DNA of 64,000 bases from a virus. The notes under the pieces are model-generated. The model saw only the letters and a program-made list of their open reading frames with translations. It made no database searches and had not been told where the DNA came from. Shown piece by piece: positions 19,501 to 27,756 of this stretch (the stretch's first letter is position 1; each line of letters begins with the position of its first letter). The DNA lies in IMG/VR virus record IMGVR_UViG_3300018080_005419; one strand, written 5' to 3'. The position numbers and the translations under genes were made by a program.

Positions 19501-20509
19501 CTGTTTGTACTTCTGCCGCTTCTCCCCCTTCAATTCCTCCTAAAAATCCAGCTTTTATTGCTAAATCTACCTTTCCTTCTTTAGCAAGTGCATATAAAGC
19601 GGATGTCTGATCGTCAATTGAAGAAGAAAATTTCAAATCTTGTTCAACAGTTGGCATTTGCATCATTAATTCGCCAACTTGTTTTATTGCACTTTGCGCA
19701 GCAGAACCTTCTCCATATAAATTAACAATATTTTGTGCAGCAGTTTCAAGGTTAGAAGTATCTAATCCGCGTTTACCCATTGCTTCTAATGTAGGCAAAA
19801 AAGTTTGAAACTCTTTTCTTGTAGTTCCAATTGTACTACGAAGATTTTCTAAATCTCGAATTCCCCCAGGGGCAACTGTTGATACTTTTGAAACAGCGCT
19901 AAGTTGAACTTGATATTGGTTAAGTGTAGAGATCGAATCTCTGATACTTCTTGAGAGATTTCCTGCTTCTTTCCCTAAATATAAGATAGCCCCTGCTGTA
20001 ATAGAAGCCCCCACACCAGCTTTTTGTAAAGAACCACTTACAGAGTCTATTTGACTTTTAGCAGTACCCAATGTGCCAATAAATGTTCTAAAACTTCCGT
20101 TACCAGTTAAAACAGCATTAGCAAATTGACCCTGGAAAGAGCTTGCCCTTTCTACAGCTTCAGCATAATCTTGGTTTAATTGAATTGCTTCTTTTAAAGG
20201 TTTGTTGGCAGCGGATAATGCACCTCTAACATCGCCAAATGTTTTATATTGGTCGTTTAATTTTTTCTGGGAATTTTCAGCTGCATCAGCTAATTTATTT
20301 AATTGGTCTATTTGTGAACCTGTAGCTTTTCCTGATTTTCCTAATGCAGTAGCTTGATCTTTTATAGCTTTTTGAAAATCTGTTAATGATTTGTTGATTT
20401 TATCAATATTGTCAGCATTATCGCCCAAATGAGATATGGACTGAGATATTTGTTTTAGACGGTCATTGAATTTGTCTAAACTATCACTCTCAAAAATTTC
20501 TTCAGCCAT
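13580..20509 (-). CDS. tape measure protein (2309 aa)
   Basis: Very long Ala/Lys/Glu-rich helical protein with Gly/Ala hydrophobic segments (AGAGAFVGTLIAPGVGTAIGAVAGGLIG), between chaperone-like and hub-like genes. ATG at 20509 is preferred over TTG at 20515 on SD spacing. Confidence 0.85.
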   Translation of the reverse strand: MAEEIFESDSLDKFNDRLKQISQSISHLGDNADNIDKINKSLTDFQKAIKDQATALGKSGKATGSQIDQLNKLADAAENSQKKLNDQYKTFGDVRGALSAANKPLKEAIQLNQDYAEAVERASSFQGQFANAVLTGNGSFRTFIGTLGTAKSQIDSVSGSLQKAGVGASITAGAILYLGKEAGNLSRSIRDSISTLNQYQVQLSAVSKVSTVAPGGIRDLENLRSTIGTTRKEFQTFLPTLEAMGKRGLDTSNLETAAQNIVNLYGEGSAAQSAIKQVGELMMQMPTVEQDLKFSSSIDDQTSALYALAKEGKVDLAIKAGFLGGIEGGEAAEVQTDIQKSIRVQEDIADTVRKMLTPMSGSLTALTAVGDITGRSLVALGLANTLIGGFSRSNSAGLSRVESAVRQSGDGGEGGPAVGGMGKFGKIAVGVAKVGAGLAAVGAAAWDAYNVIKAMGEKFDSVTDELKKDAAIVRSHSFIMGASADDIKKFSAGLGTGATLQRVADSYGTALDVLSGKVSVTADLWEKTSKDLISNSMHLAASFAGAGAFVGTLIAPGVGTAIGAVAGGLIGLATSLFSYNVQFEAAKKELETIYKTRATQTVENLKGAMVAFGAVESEEGGRAFGELNMRDFQETIDESAKKLREIGKSRIKSARNFQAIIGALDAAAKSPIVKMYEMRTALGKTSAEIQQKLGGSTKLFLDSLSDSARAVRSRFARRITDINNVLQRNIDEMDDMDPGAINASFQEAQKSINEETLKLSQEFDKLVQMIGKTPGLIMAEIKSSLAGAPIDISGILGVGLDAGQFENLRGKQIEQAGKKLDELGKSFSVAVEESVNLAKGLSDANKASQETAKQIVSKGFKDEGSVKEALGGEKEFKEFISLTKQSGSLTKEQINNLKNLSSNLNKSSDAAQEEMESKKKELAAFEAIMSSTLSSQGSTISLDTEREDIQKEISIQREILKSATGENLKNAQAKMKELQKRLSENEKLTQKMDMFYADIGADSGKVEQAFAELNKAEKKVGKFSPKQIQEFLTKRLGKDIVDKMSKRTTELKGEYDEIKRKASSLAKASAAGIAATNTKDVVKPILDAGKGFYDNLKTQVKSSMDLLNAMAKDSSQAMQISATKLETSKIFQDMGSRFGMTFMAMSEGMDATRKNMQSSFEFASTKEKNMRALTKKLSSKLKDVWGEAEIGIDKALKDLEKSDIAEPEKAQAREALNYMKETGQTTVSVDAFEQIGFEKAKQATFTDTMKSLGTYLDYITKSVSDINREAKLLDVTVGGFEKQISLAQAGFGNMDEAVINSVRMLEKRARIEEEQANIQINDAINTKKKLEASLKGTEDPNERRRLTEAIGATEIAITQKRLDKENKMNELAQKRVQAFENLLTLENKRVAAERGMSEVQLDVLEQMGAPYALVLEKQAEIVGYAQEQAGLAQERFNFAQQEYAAGRMNLTALRERELDFVKARAEVTKKTLQAQRSTMEKMLGTAIGELGKIGGFKRNLLAQRKGTGLTIGPGGIVLGGAGTAKTKSQQAASIQTAAAIKSAMKDTKKPSKDLKEATDKSVSSTDALNETNKGLRTDVQDLRNEMSNLAGVRANRPFQITPPRGKPATLGGATPERVTKKARGGNITGFLGNMANQVKNTLSSTWKSIAGVSTGTKPATKPATKPRKNTNMTGGGTAAAPMIVPEGAEGVIGEFTDKSQKLSEEAMQISEENNKRDEKLVALKKKIAAIKDKMVKREAERTKIIEERHKARKELIALDAQARDLDQQEKAKKEELTKKAEENKKIAEKSLSEFSEGIKGFVSPKQLESIVSGIKQGKSKSDVLGPLKKKVDEIKNRVKESGGGGLLEPVLKIAQKKLKEGEIVWEQLKKAEESVKLLSKGTPDIDKKQEETKKKQKTQETKLAKLNKREKEIDKDVNINMEAQHAASEVGLSTVDEMTGETLSESGILGSLEAKALADETRLALGRQKEGRKKKEAAEAQNKAKKLAAKTQDFSEAQGSGLFLSHRGAAGEIDKLLESAQRGEISYDEALAKSEVLKGKAKGGIGHIRDRRRLALKEGARMTAGRDIKKEKMKEFTTQIKKEDEEKKKSLKEQIAAETDPAKKAELEKQLAGLGENVLGRATERYGKFETSEDYKKQLAAGTETVFAERMRGTYKGRKGKKAEKVAPGEVVPANKQKQLAYGVATTGATEGVPTAGVTGVNVLAAKKPGATAAGSMVPAETAPTAPVGPIAPKEEKPVTPDDVKKEEDKNREEDREKFEEQMAKLQEQAESLISIYDILNPLLVVSQENLGFLPQIKQSIEQLSAKMG

Positions 20510-20546
20510 ATCCAATTCCTCTACTTACAAATTTGATTCTGTTAAT

Positions 20547-21266
20547 TTATTGTCCTGCAGAATCAAATAATATTAACAATGTCTTTTCAAATAGGGTCAT
20601 AACAACATCCAATAATGCTGGTAATGTTCTAAATAATTTTTCTGCTGTTTCTGAATCCATTATTCCTGTTTCTGGGTCTTTTGTTATTTCTACCGGATTT
20701 CCTTCTCCGTCAACCATATCTGTTTCATTTAAGTGATTCATAAGGAAAAGATTTCTCAACATCATTCTGTTAATTACAAGCTCGCCAGATTGAGGAGCAT
20801 AAAACGATGCTGCTCTTCTGTATTTTTGCATATCATCGTAACAAATAGGTCTAAATTTAAATGTATAAGTGACAAAATTTAAAACTTCTAATTTATCTGT
20901 GTTAACCATTCCACTTTGAGTTACGCTATAAACAGAACCATCTTCAGAATCGAAAACAATATCTACTTTGATTTCCGTTAATTCTTCTCGATCAATAAAT
21001 AATTTTGGGAATTTAACTTTAGGCTTATTACTTTCTGTTTTTCCTTCTTGTTCTTTAAGAGAAATTCCATCAAAATTAGCAACCCCTTCTACTTTAGGGG
21101 CCGCAGAAACAGCATCTCCACTTTCAACAGAATTAACAGCCATTTCTCTGTCTTGATCGTGATTGCTTTCTGAAACATTGGGAGTAGAAATTTCTGGTGC
21201 TGCTGCTTCCGCTTCGTGTGCTTCTTTTCCTAAAACTTTTTCTTCATTTTTTTCTTCTGCTGACAT
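20547..21266 (-). CDS. putative tail assembly chaperone (paralog 3)
   Basis: Directly upstream of the tape measure gene. Motif FKFRPICYDDMQKYRRAASFY...SGELVIN is shared with 23224-23673 and 22209-23249. Confidence 0.55.
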   Translation of the reverse strand: MSAEEKNEEKVLGKEAHEAEAAAPEISTPNVSESNHDQDREMAVNSVESGDAVSAAPKVEGVANFDGISLKEQEGKTESNKPKVKFPKLFIDREELTEIKVDIVFDSEDGSVYSVTQSGMVNTDKLEVLNFVTYTFKFRPICYDDMQKYRRAASFYAPQSGELVINRMMLRNLFLMNHLNETDMVDGEGNPVEITKDPETGIMDSETAEKLFRTLPALLDVVMTLFEKTLLILFDSAGQ

Positions 21267-21287
21267 TTCTTTTTCTCCTTTTTTAAA

Positions 21288-22205
21288 CTACGCCAAACTT
21301 AAACTATATGGTATTTGTTCTGAAGCATTATCTGTGTAACTAGAAGGAACTCCTGCAAGTGTCACAGCAATTGAATAATTACCCATAGCATCTATACCAC
21401 CATAAGAAATCGAGGAACTGATTTGTATACTATTATCTAAAGTCATAGTAAGAGGAGAAAAAGATTCTGTTATTGCTAATTGAACTTTATCGTATTCTTT
21501 CAATTCAGTTAACATTTGTACAGTTAAATTAAAATCCCAAGGTCCTGTTCTAAAATAAGCAGGCAAATCAAAATCTTCATTGTTTAAATATTGAGGAGTT
21601 AGTGCTTGAGACACTGTAATTTCCCAACTAATAGTTTTTAAAGGATCTGTTCCATCTAAAGCTCCAGTATGCCAATAAGGAATTAAATCGGAAGTTTTAT
21701 AGATTTCGTTAAATTGTCCAGTTGCTGTAGGATGTTCTAATTCACCTTTTACATTTGTCATAAAACTAAGAGAAGCAGTTAATAAGGCTCCTTCTCCACA
21801 CGATAAAGTAAAAGAATTCCATCTACAACTAGGAATTTTCACATAAGAAAATTGTTCAGTTCCGATATAAACAGTAAAACTTTCTTTTCGCGCAGTTAAA
21901 ATCCAATTTAACAAACTTAAAGCATATTTTTTATCGCAATCAAAGCTTAAACTACCATTAATCGCTTCTACTCCGTCTGACAATAATACTTTAATTTTGC
22001 TAGAATTATCGTCAATCTCACCAATAGACGCCATATTCTGAAAAAATGAGGTTCTAGCTGTTGAATATTCTCCTGCTGTCATTAAAACATCTAATTGAGT
22101 GTGTCCCGATCCTTCTTCCCAATTAATGTTTGGATAATAGGGATTCGTGCCAAGGATTATCTTTCCTCCAACACTGTGTCCTAATCTATATGCACTAATA
22201 GCCAT
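21288..22205 (-). CDS. tail tube-like protein (paralog 3)
   Basis: Shares INGSLSFD, ASLSF, LIPYWHT and ISWEITVSQ segments with the two other tube-like genes. Confidence 0.6.
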   Translation of the reverse strand: MAISAYRLGHSVGGKIILGTNPYYPNINWEEGSGHTQLDVLMTAGEYSTARTSFFQNMASIGEIDDNSSKIKVLLSDGVEAINGSLSFDCDKKYALSLLNWILTARKESFTVYIGTEQFSYVKIPSCRWNSFTLSCGEGALLTASLSFMTNVKGELEHPTATGQFNEIYKTSDLIPYWHTGALDGTDPLKTISWEITVSQALTPQYLNNEDFDLPAYFRTGPWDFNLTVQMLTELKEYDKVQLAITESFSPLTMTLDNSIQISSSISYGGIDAMGNYSIAVTLAGVPSSYTDNASEQIPYSLSLA

Positions 22206-22208
22206 TTT

Positions 22209-23249
22209 TTATCTCTTACCTCTTCTTGCACCAATTACTTTGGCACCTTTTTGTGAAGGTTTAGAACCACTATCCATTTGCCTGATATGAATCTCGTTAC
22301 CCTTATTTGCTACAAATCTTATCATTGTTGAAACTCGATACGGTAAATTCTCTAAATCACCTCCAGATAAATAAAACTCCTTAGCCATAGCACTAGCTTC
22401 ACAATATAGTCTAATTCCTTCTGCTGGATTTGATACACCCTTACTATTCTTGGAAAATAATCTCTCACATTGCTGATCTAATACTTTTGTCTCATCATCA
22501 CTAATATCATTTAAGCGCACAAATTCACCAGCAATTATATCAAATAATCTGGGATGTATACTATGTTCAATCATATCTATAGATTTTTGAGTTAATCTTC
22601 CGTCTTCAAATTCTAGATCAATAGGTAAATTCCAAGATTTAAAACAACAAGAAAATGATAACTTCTTATATTCATCGTAATTCATTAAAAGTCTCATATC
22701 ATTATCGCTATTTGGTTCATAGATAAAGTGGTCTATTCTATTTTTAACTCCAACTGTAATGGGTTTAAATATGGCTTTGACTACTATTTCGTTTTCGTCT
22801 TCATATCCATCTATAGGTAAAATAGGCAAACTTTCATCTAAAGAAATTGTTAAAGGTCTAACTATAACCTGAGGCCAATTATTTTTAACATAACAATAAA
22901 CAACCACATCTCCATTTAAAGAATAATGCCTTTTCTTCCTTTCGTTAACCCTCTGTATAATCTTTAATTCTTGATGAGATACATGTTCTCTAAGAGCAGT
23001 TAATTCTCCAATAATACTTGAATGTTGTGATCTTCCTTGTTGTTCTGATACAAATTGTTCGTGTTGGCCAAATCTCTCTTTCAATTCTTTCTTAAATAGA
23101 TAATCCTTTTTAGCGTCTTCTCTAATTTGTTTTGATCGTGATTGTATTTCTTCACGAGTCATTTGTCTAGGTGGTGGAGGATTTAAACTCTCACCCATTA
23201 GAGATTCAGATTTTCTATTTGGTTTATTCGGCATTTTGTTTAATCTCAT
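22209..23249 (-). CDS. putative tail assembly chaperone-like protein (paralog 2, extended)
   Basis: Central AIFKPITV...NYDEYKKLSFSCCFKSWNLPIDL..EDGRLTQKS matches the chaperone-like motif. The start may instead be the ATG at 23234. Confidence 0.5.
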   Translation of the reverse strand: MRLNKMPNKPNRKSESLMGESLNPPPPRQMTREEIQSRSKQIREDAKKDYLFKKELKERFGQHEQFVSEQQGRSQHSSIIGELTALREHVSHQELKIIQRVNERKKRHYSLNGDVVVYCYVKNNWPQVIVRPLTISLDESLPILPIDGYEDENEIVVKAIFKPITVGVKNRIDHFIYEPNSDNDMRLLMNYDEYKKLSFSCCFKSWNLPIDLEFEDGRLTQKSIDMIEHSIHPRLFDIIAGEFVRLNDISDDETKVLDQQCERLFSKNSKGVSNPAEGIRLYCEASAMAKEFYLSGGDLENLPYRVSTMIRFVANKGNEIHIRQMDSGSKPSQKGAKVIGARRGKR

Positions 23250-23673
23250 ATCCTTCTAAAATTGCGTTCATTCTGGCTATAATTTCACTTACAACCCATG
23301 GATATAAATTCCTAAATAATTGAAAAGATTCGTCTACCAATGCTCCTTTATTGTGCGTTAATTTCATTTGTGGATCTATTTGAGAAAATGACCAATCCTT
23401 TAAAAGAAACTTAATTTTTAGATCATTAAATTTATCCGTATCAACATAAAATGTTCCGCTTTCTTTATGATATGTTGTTGCCATCTTTCTTAAATTGACC
23501 ATTGCGTTATAATCCCACATCCGAAACTCAACCCAATGCTCAACATTATTTCTAGATTCTTCAACTACGAATTTGACTCTCTTTCCGTCTGTCTCATTTA
23601 ATTGAAACCTTATCCTGAATGTTTCATCCTTTTGAAGTTGCCATTTAGACTTATAAACCGGAATATCAGCCAT
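23224..23673 (-). CDS. putative tail assembly chaperone (paralog 1)
   Basis: Follows tube paralog 2. VEFRMWDYNAMVNLRKMATTY..ESGTFYVD...LKDWSF. Confidence 0.55.
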   Translation of the reverse strand: MADIPVYKSKWQLQKDETFRIRFQLNETDGKRVKFVVEESRNNVEHWVEFRMWDYNAMVNLRKMATTYHKESGTFYVDTDKFNDLKIKFLLKDWSFSQIDPQMKLTHNKGALVDESFQLFRNLYPWVVSEIIARMNAILEGYEIKQNAE

Positions 23674-23705
23674 CTTATTGTTCTCCTTGTTAATTTAATT
23701 AATTT

Positions 23706-24713
23706 CTATACCCCAACAATATGAGGCATAGTAAAGTAACCATTTGCTTGGTAACTCATTTCTTGAATAGCACCAATACCACTAATATTTAATCCATCAG
23801 TAATTTGTTGCAATGGTTCGCTATATTCATCACCATCAATAGAGGCATCCATACGACCTAAATTAATAGACCTTGTTGTTGAAGGTCCCTTTATATTTAT
23901 ATTAGCGTTACGAAATTTTTCCGGCACAGAATATTGCCGAGAACCTGCATTTAATGGAGTTACAACAGTTACAAAGGTTACATTCAACACCACGGATGCT
24001 AGACCAATTTGTATCAAAGTTGGTCCAGGGTGTTGATCATCTCCTGATGCAGCAGCACAAGTCATTCTTCTAGTTACAGAATTATTCATTTCTAAAGACC
24101 AATTTTGAATTTGAATTTCTTCAGGTAATTCATCTCCATTTTCATCTTCAAATGTTAAATATGTCTGCCAATAAGGAATAGGTAATTGATATTCGGGGAA
24201 AGCAAAAGATATTGGTGATGTTCTATTTCCATCAATTTCGAATCCAAATCGTTGTCCTATATAATCTTCCCCCAATTCTAGATATCTAGTTGGAAGGTTG
24301 TATTTGTCAGCTTCCGGAGTAATACCGGGAATTAAATTTATATCAATAGATGCACTTAAAAAATTTCCTGGTCCTGTTGATAAAGAAATTCTACTCCAAT
24401 AAGCATCCCCATATTCCAATTCATTTTCTTTATTTGAATACCATAAAAATTCTTTACTTTGATCTCTATTAGGTATCCAGCCGTTTTCTTCTTCAAAAAG
24501 AACATCTATTAAATCAAAATTACAATCTATATTAAATCCACCCGTAATCTCATCGAAGTCAAAAGTGTGGACTCGATTTACGGCTTCACTTAGTGTAGGA
24601 GCAGCATAAGTACCTTCAGAAGCAATTTCTGGACGAGCATGATCAACAGTACCATCAGTTATTAGGTACTGTTTATTATCTAAAAGAATAATTCCTTCAT
24701 ATCCAAGTGCCAC
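23706..24713 (-). CDS. tail tube-like protein (paralog 2)
   Basis: GTG start 6 nt after GAGGAG. MALGYEGI versus MAMGYQGL; LPIPYWQT; QNWSLEMNN. Confidence 0.65.
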   Translation of the reverse strand: MALGYEGIILLDNKQYLITDGTVDHARPEIASEGTYAAPTLSEAVNRVHTFDFDEITGGFNIDCNFDLIDVLFEEENGWIPNRDQSKEFLWYSNKENELEYGDAYWSRISLSTGPGNFLSASIDINLIPGITPEADKYNLPTRYLELGEDYIGQRFGFEIDGNRTSPISFAFPEYQLPIPYWQTYLTFEDENGDELPEEIQIQNWSLEMNNSVTRRMTCAAASGDDQHPGPTLIQIGLASVVLNVTFVTVVTPLNAGSRQYSVPEKFRNANINIKGPSTTRSINLGRMDASIDGDEYSEPLQQITDGLNISGIGAIQEMSYQANGYFTMPHIVGV

Positions 24714-24777
24714 TTACATCTCCTCTATGGGGATTTTAACAAAACTCAAATAGGTAGGAAGGAAGGAGGTTTTTTGT

Positions 24778-24811
24778 CAGAGAGGGGATGGATTTATTCA
24801 CCCCCTCTCTG
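24778..24811 (-). other. strong RNA hairpin between tube paralogs 1 and 2, without a U-tract on the coding strand
   Basis: Minus strand: CAGAGAGGGGGTG-AATAAATC-CATCCCCTCTCTG (13-bp stem with one G-U pair), followed by ACAAAAAA. Confidence 0.6.
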
Positions 24812-24866
24812 TTTGTTGTAAATATCATAATTCCTTAATTTCTAGTTTTATTTAACTAGTTTTAGT

Positions 24867-26114
24867 TTATGCCTCGGTCATGATCATTGGGGGCAGAGAA
24901 AGATCAGTTCCACCAGCATAACCAGTAGGAGTATATGGAATATTGGGGTCAAGATTTGCAAGCAATCTGCCGCCAAGACCTTTCATGCCATAAGTTCTGT
25001 TAGTAACGTCATTCTGACCTCTAATGCCGTAGTCATCACTTTCAACAACAACAGCAGGAAGAGCAATTGTCAGATAATCACCACTACCAGCACCCGTACC
25101 AACAATCTCTGCTGTAAACTCTGTATTTTCTGCAGTTAAGTAAGGAGTAAATTCATCATATGCGCCACTGCCATCACCAAAGATCGGGTCAACAAGACCG
25201 TATGGATGGTAAAGTGTAACTGAACCTGTTGCATCAATTGATCCCTGAAGAACCGCAGAAGCACCACGAACACCACGACAGGTATACAGGACTTGAGTAT
25301 TATTAGTCTGATCGATTGACCATTCTACAGTTTCTGTTTCAATTCCTTGAATCGTAATCGGATCCCAGGTTACTCCACCGTAACGTTTCAAGTATGCGCG
25401 TGTTCTCCAATAAGGAATTGGGTCGAAGTTTGGCTGATTGTTATACTCAGGGTGAACTGGGTTCAGAGGATTGTTAGGACCTGAAATGCCAAATCTATCG
25501 TCAATGTAAGAAGCTTCACCAGGAGAAGTAAATGTTCTAAAGTCGGGATTTGCTTGCTGGAAAGGATCTGCCCAGGAAACTCCATATGGATTCGTGTTGC
25601 CAGGACCAAAGACCTGACGGAAAAGACCCACACTATTTAGAGAACCAGTAACAAATGATCCTGCACTTGTTGTCAGTGACATTCCCTGGTTCCATAGACC
25701 CATACGGCCACGACCTTGATTTACAACAATATCGGAACCTGTTCCTGTTCCATGATCGTTGTAATCTGCTGTTGTGTTTTGGCTAGGTCCATAGTAGTAG
25801 ACCCATGAGGCATCTGGCGTAATACGAGCGGCCCTTGAATATGCTCTGTATTCAATTACCCAGTCTCGAATAAGATTCCAGATATTTGCAGAAGCCTGAA
25901 GCTGGAAGTCCAATGAGCCTTCGTAACGAACAGCATTATCTGCATAGTTTACGTTCGTTGCGGCATTGTACCAACCAGCACCCCAAATCGCTTCGGAGTA
26001 GATAGGCTCCAGTACTAAGTTGATTGATGAACTCTCAATCAACAACGGCACGAAACCCTGTGTACCGTCTCGGTTGATTTCAATTTGGGCTAGGCCCTGA
26101 TATCCCATTGCCAT
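24867..26114 (-). CDS. major tail tube protein (paralog 1)
   Basis: AAGGAG SD; visibly higher GC and C-ending codon use than its neighbours, suggesting high expression. Motifs YEGSLDFQ, PIPYWRT, VEWSIDQTNN, GSIDATGSVTLY. Confidence 0.7.
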   Translation of the reverse strand: MAMGYQGLAQIEINRDGTQGFVPLLIESSSINLVLEPIYSEAIWGAGWYNAATNVNYADNAVRYEGSLDFQLQASANIWNLIRDWVIEYRAYSRAARITPDASWVYYYGPSQNTTADYNDHGTGTGSDIVVNQGRGRMGLWNQGMSLTTSAGSFVTGSLNSVGLFRQVFGPGNTNPYGVSWADPFQQANPDFRTFTSPGEASYIDDRFGISGPNNPLNPVHPEYNNQPNFDPIPYWRTRAYLKRYGGVTWDPITIQGIETETVEWSIDQTNNTQVLYTCRGVRGASAVLQGSIDATGSVTLYHPYGLVDPIFGDGSGAYDEFTPYLTAENTEFTAEIVGTGAGSGDYLTIALPAVVVESDDYGIRGQNDVTNRTYGMKGLGGRLLANLDPNIPYTPTGYAGGTDLSLPPMIMTEA

Positions 26115-26162
26115 AGTGGTGATCTCCTTCTATTCCGTAAGCGGAAGAATTTAATTTATTTT

Positions 26163-27062
26163 TTAGAGTTCAATGACTCTTTCAAATACGTTCTGAACCA
26201 TCAACACTTGGTTAAGAGTTGTTGTGCCATCAGTTACAGTTACGCTGTTGATCTTGGTATATCTATCAGTATCAGCAGCACCAATATAAATTTCATCGCC
26301 TGCTGTCATTGCTGGTACAATAACACTAACCGTAGTAGTATCACCATTGGGTTCTGTGACCATCGTAAATTCAAGCGTTGTAGTAGCATCCCAATCTGTA
26401 TAAGCATGAATTTTCATACGAGTGGCAGCAAAATTACTTCCATCGGCATTTACGGCTGATGTGCCAGTACCGAAATCTCCAAGATTGTTTAAAACAACCT
26501 GATTACTTGCTGCACCTGTAACTGTTGCAAAGGTAAATGGTGTTGGTGAATCGTAAAAAACATTTCTTGCTCTGAGTGTTGGACCGCCAGCATTGCTAAA
26601 TACTCTACGGAAATATTCTGAAACTCTAACGCCAGTACCAGCACTGACGATAGTAGGAATATTTGCATAGATGGTGCCTGTTCCATCAGATTCTTCAAGA
26701 TACTGGTTCCAACTTCCGGTAATTGCTCTTGTCCCAGCAGTTGTTGTTGCAGTATTGAAGTGAGTTGTCAAAGCTCCAATAATGCTGTACGAACTACTGA
26801 GCGCACCCATTGTACTTGTAGCTAAAGTAAATGGATCAGAAGTTGTGTTCCAAGCTTGGTCTGATGCTTCTGCTTGCGTCAGAGTGCTGGTTTCAATTTC
26901 TGCATCGCCATCAGGACAAACATGGCAAAATTCATAGAAATCTGTACCCCGAGTAGAGCCACTATCAGGAGATCCACTAACGGCAGCAAGCAGATTAAAA
27001 TAATAACGCTTGCCAATTCGATCACTGATGGCTAGAACATCTTTAGGATCAATTAAACCCAT
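26163..27062 (-). CDS. virion structural protein (Thr/Gly-rich, beta-rich)
   Basis: AAGGAGG 7 nt before the ATG at 27062. Codon bias like the major tube gene. Lies between the tail-completion-like and tube genes. Confidence 0.55.
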   Translation of the reverse strand: MGLIDPKDVLAISDRIGKRYYFNLLAAVSGSPDSGSTRGTDFYEFCHVCPDGDAEIETSTLTQAEASDQAWNTTSDPFTLATSTMGALSSSYSIIGALTTHFNTATTTAGTRAITGSWNQYLEESDGTGTIYANIPTIVSAGTGVRVSEYFRRVFSNAGGPTLRARNVFYDSPTPFTFATVTGAASNQVVLNNLGDFGTGTSAVNADGSNFAATRMKIHAYTDWDATTTLEFTMVTEPNGDTTTVSVIVPAMTAGDEIYIGAADTDRYTKINSVTVTDGTTTLNQVLMVQNVFERVIEL

Positions 27063-27132
27063 TTCCAATCCTCCTTAAAATTTACAAAGTTGCTTCTTAA
27101 CAAAGGAATAATAATAAAAGAAAAATGAATAA

Positions 27133-27741
27133 TTACGATTTTGCAGCACCATAAAATCCTGGAACTCTTGGATCGTATATGTGAGGCCAATGATCTAAGA
27201 AATAATGAGCAGGCAAAGGTTCGTGAATTTTACAGAACCAAGACATTGTAGCCTGTCTCAAAGTTCCAGCTTGAGCCGTTTTGTAGTTAATCGTCGTAAT
27301 TAAAGAATCTAAAAAGTTAATCGGCAGTAAAGTACCGTCAAAGTTATACTTATATTGTTGCTTGCCATACACATCAACAACAGCTGACTGCAATCTACGT
27401 GGATCATTTAGTACAATTTTTATCCTTCTCACAAGTCCGGTCGAAAATTCCACCGCCAAATCCCTATTCGCATTAATAACATTAAGTCGCAAATTTAGAT
27501 TAAACTGAGGTCTTTGGGCTTGAGTTGCGGCCCATTCATTATCTTCTGATTCTGGTTCAATTTCTAACAAAGGCATTACAGACATTGGCCTGTTATCGAA
27601 AATTCCTTTTTCTATAGATAATGGAAATTCTCTATCGGCAACCTCAAAATCGTATTGCCGAATATAATCTCTAAAAAATTCCTGCTCGTTGTAGAGAATA
27701 TGCATCAAGGTATCTACAACGTGCCCAGCATCTGTATACAT
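27133..27741 (-). CDS. putative tail completion/terminator protein
   Basis: Position in the head-tail module; PLLEIEPESEDNEWAAT....FNLNLRL pattern typical of terminator-type folds. Confidence 0.45.
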   Translation of the reverse strand: MYTDAGHVVDTLMHILYNEQEFFRDYIRQYDFEVADREFPLSIEKGIFDNRPMSVMPLLEIEPESEDNEWAATQAQRPQFNLNLRLNVINANRDLAVEFSTGLVRRIKIVLNDPRRLQSAVVDVYGKQQYKYNFDGTLLPINFLDSLITTINYKTAQAGTLRQATMSWFCKIHEPLPAHYFLDHWPHIYDPRVPGFYGAAKS

Positions 27742-27756
27742 TCAATTTTGTCCTCT

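Noticed and set aside
23224-23260. Programmed -1 frameshift fusing the two overlapping chaperone-like ORFs (G/GT type)
   Set aside because: The downstream ORF is in the +1 frame, has an in-frame TAG three codons before its ATG, and no X XXY YYZ slippery heptamer is present in the overlap.
26133-26146. Small hairpin TTCCG-CTTA-CGGAA just upstream of the major tube SD
   Set aside because: Only a 5-bp core stem with no U-tract; too weak to call without data.
26163-27062. Tail sheath assignment for the protein upstream of the major tube gene
   Set aside because: At about 300 aa it is short for a sheath and shows no recognisable sheath C-terminal motifs; left as an unassigned structural protein.
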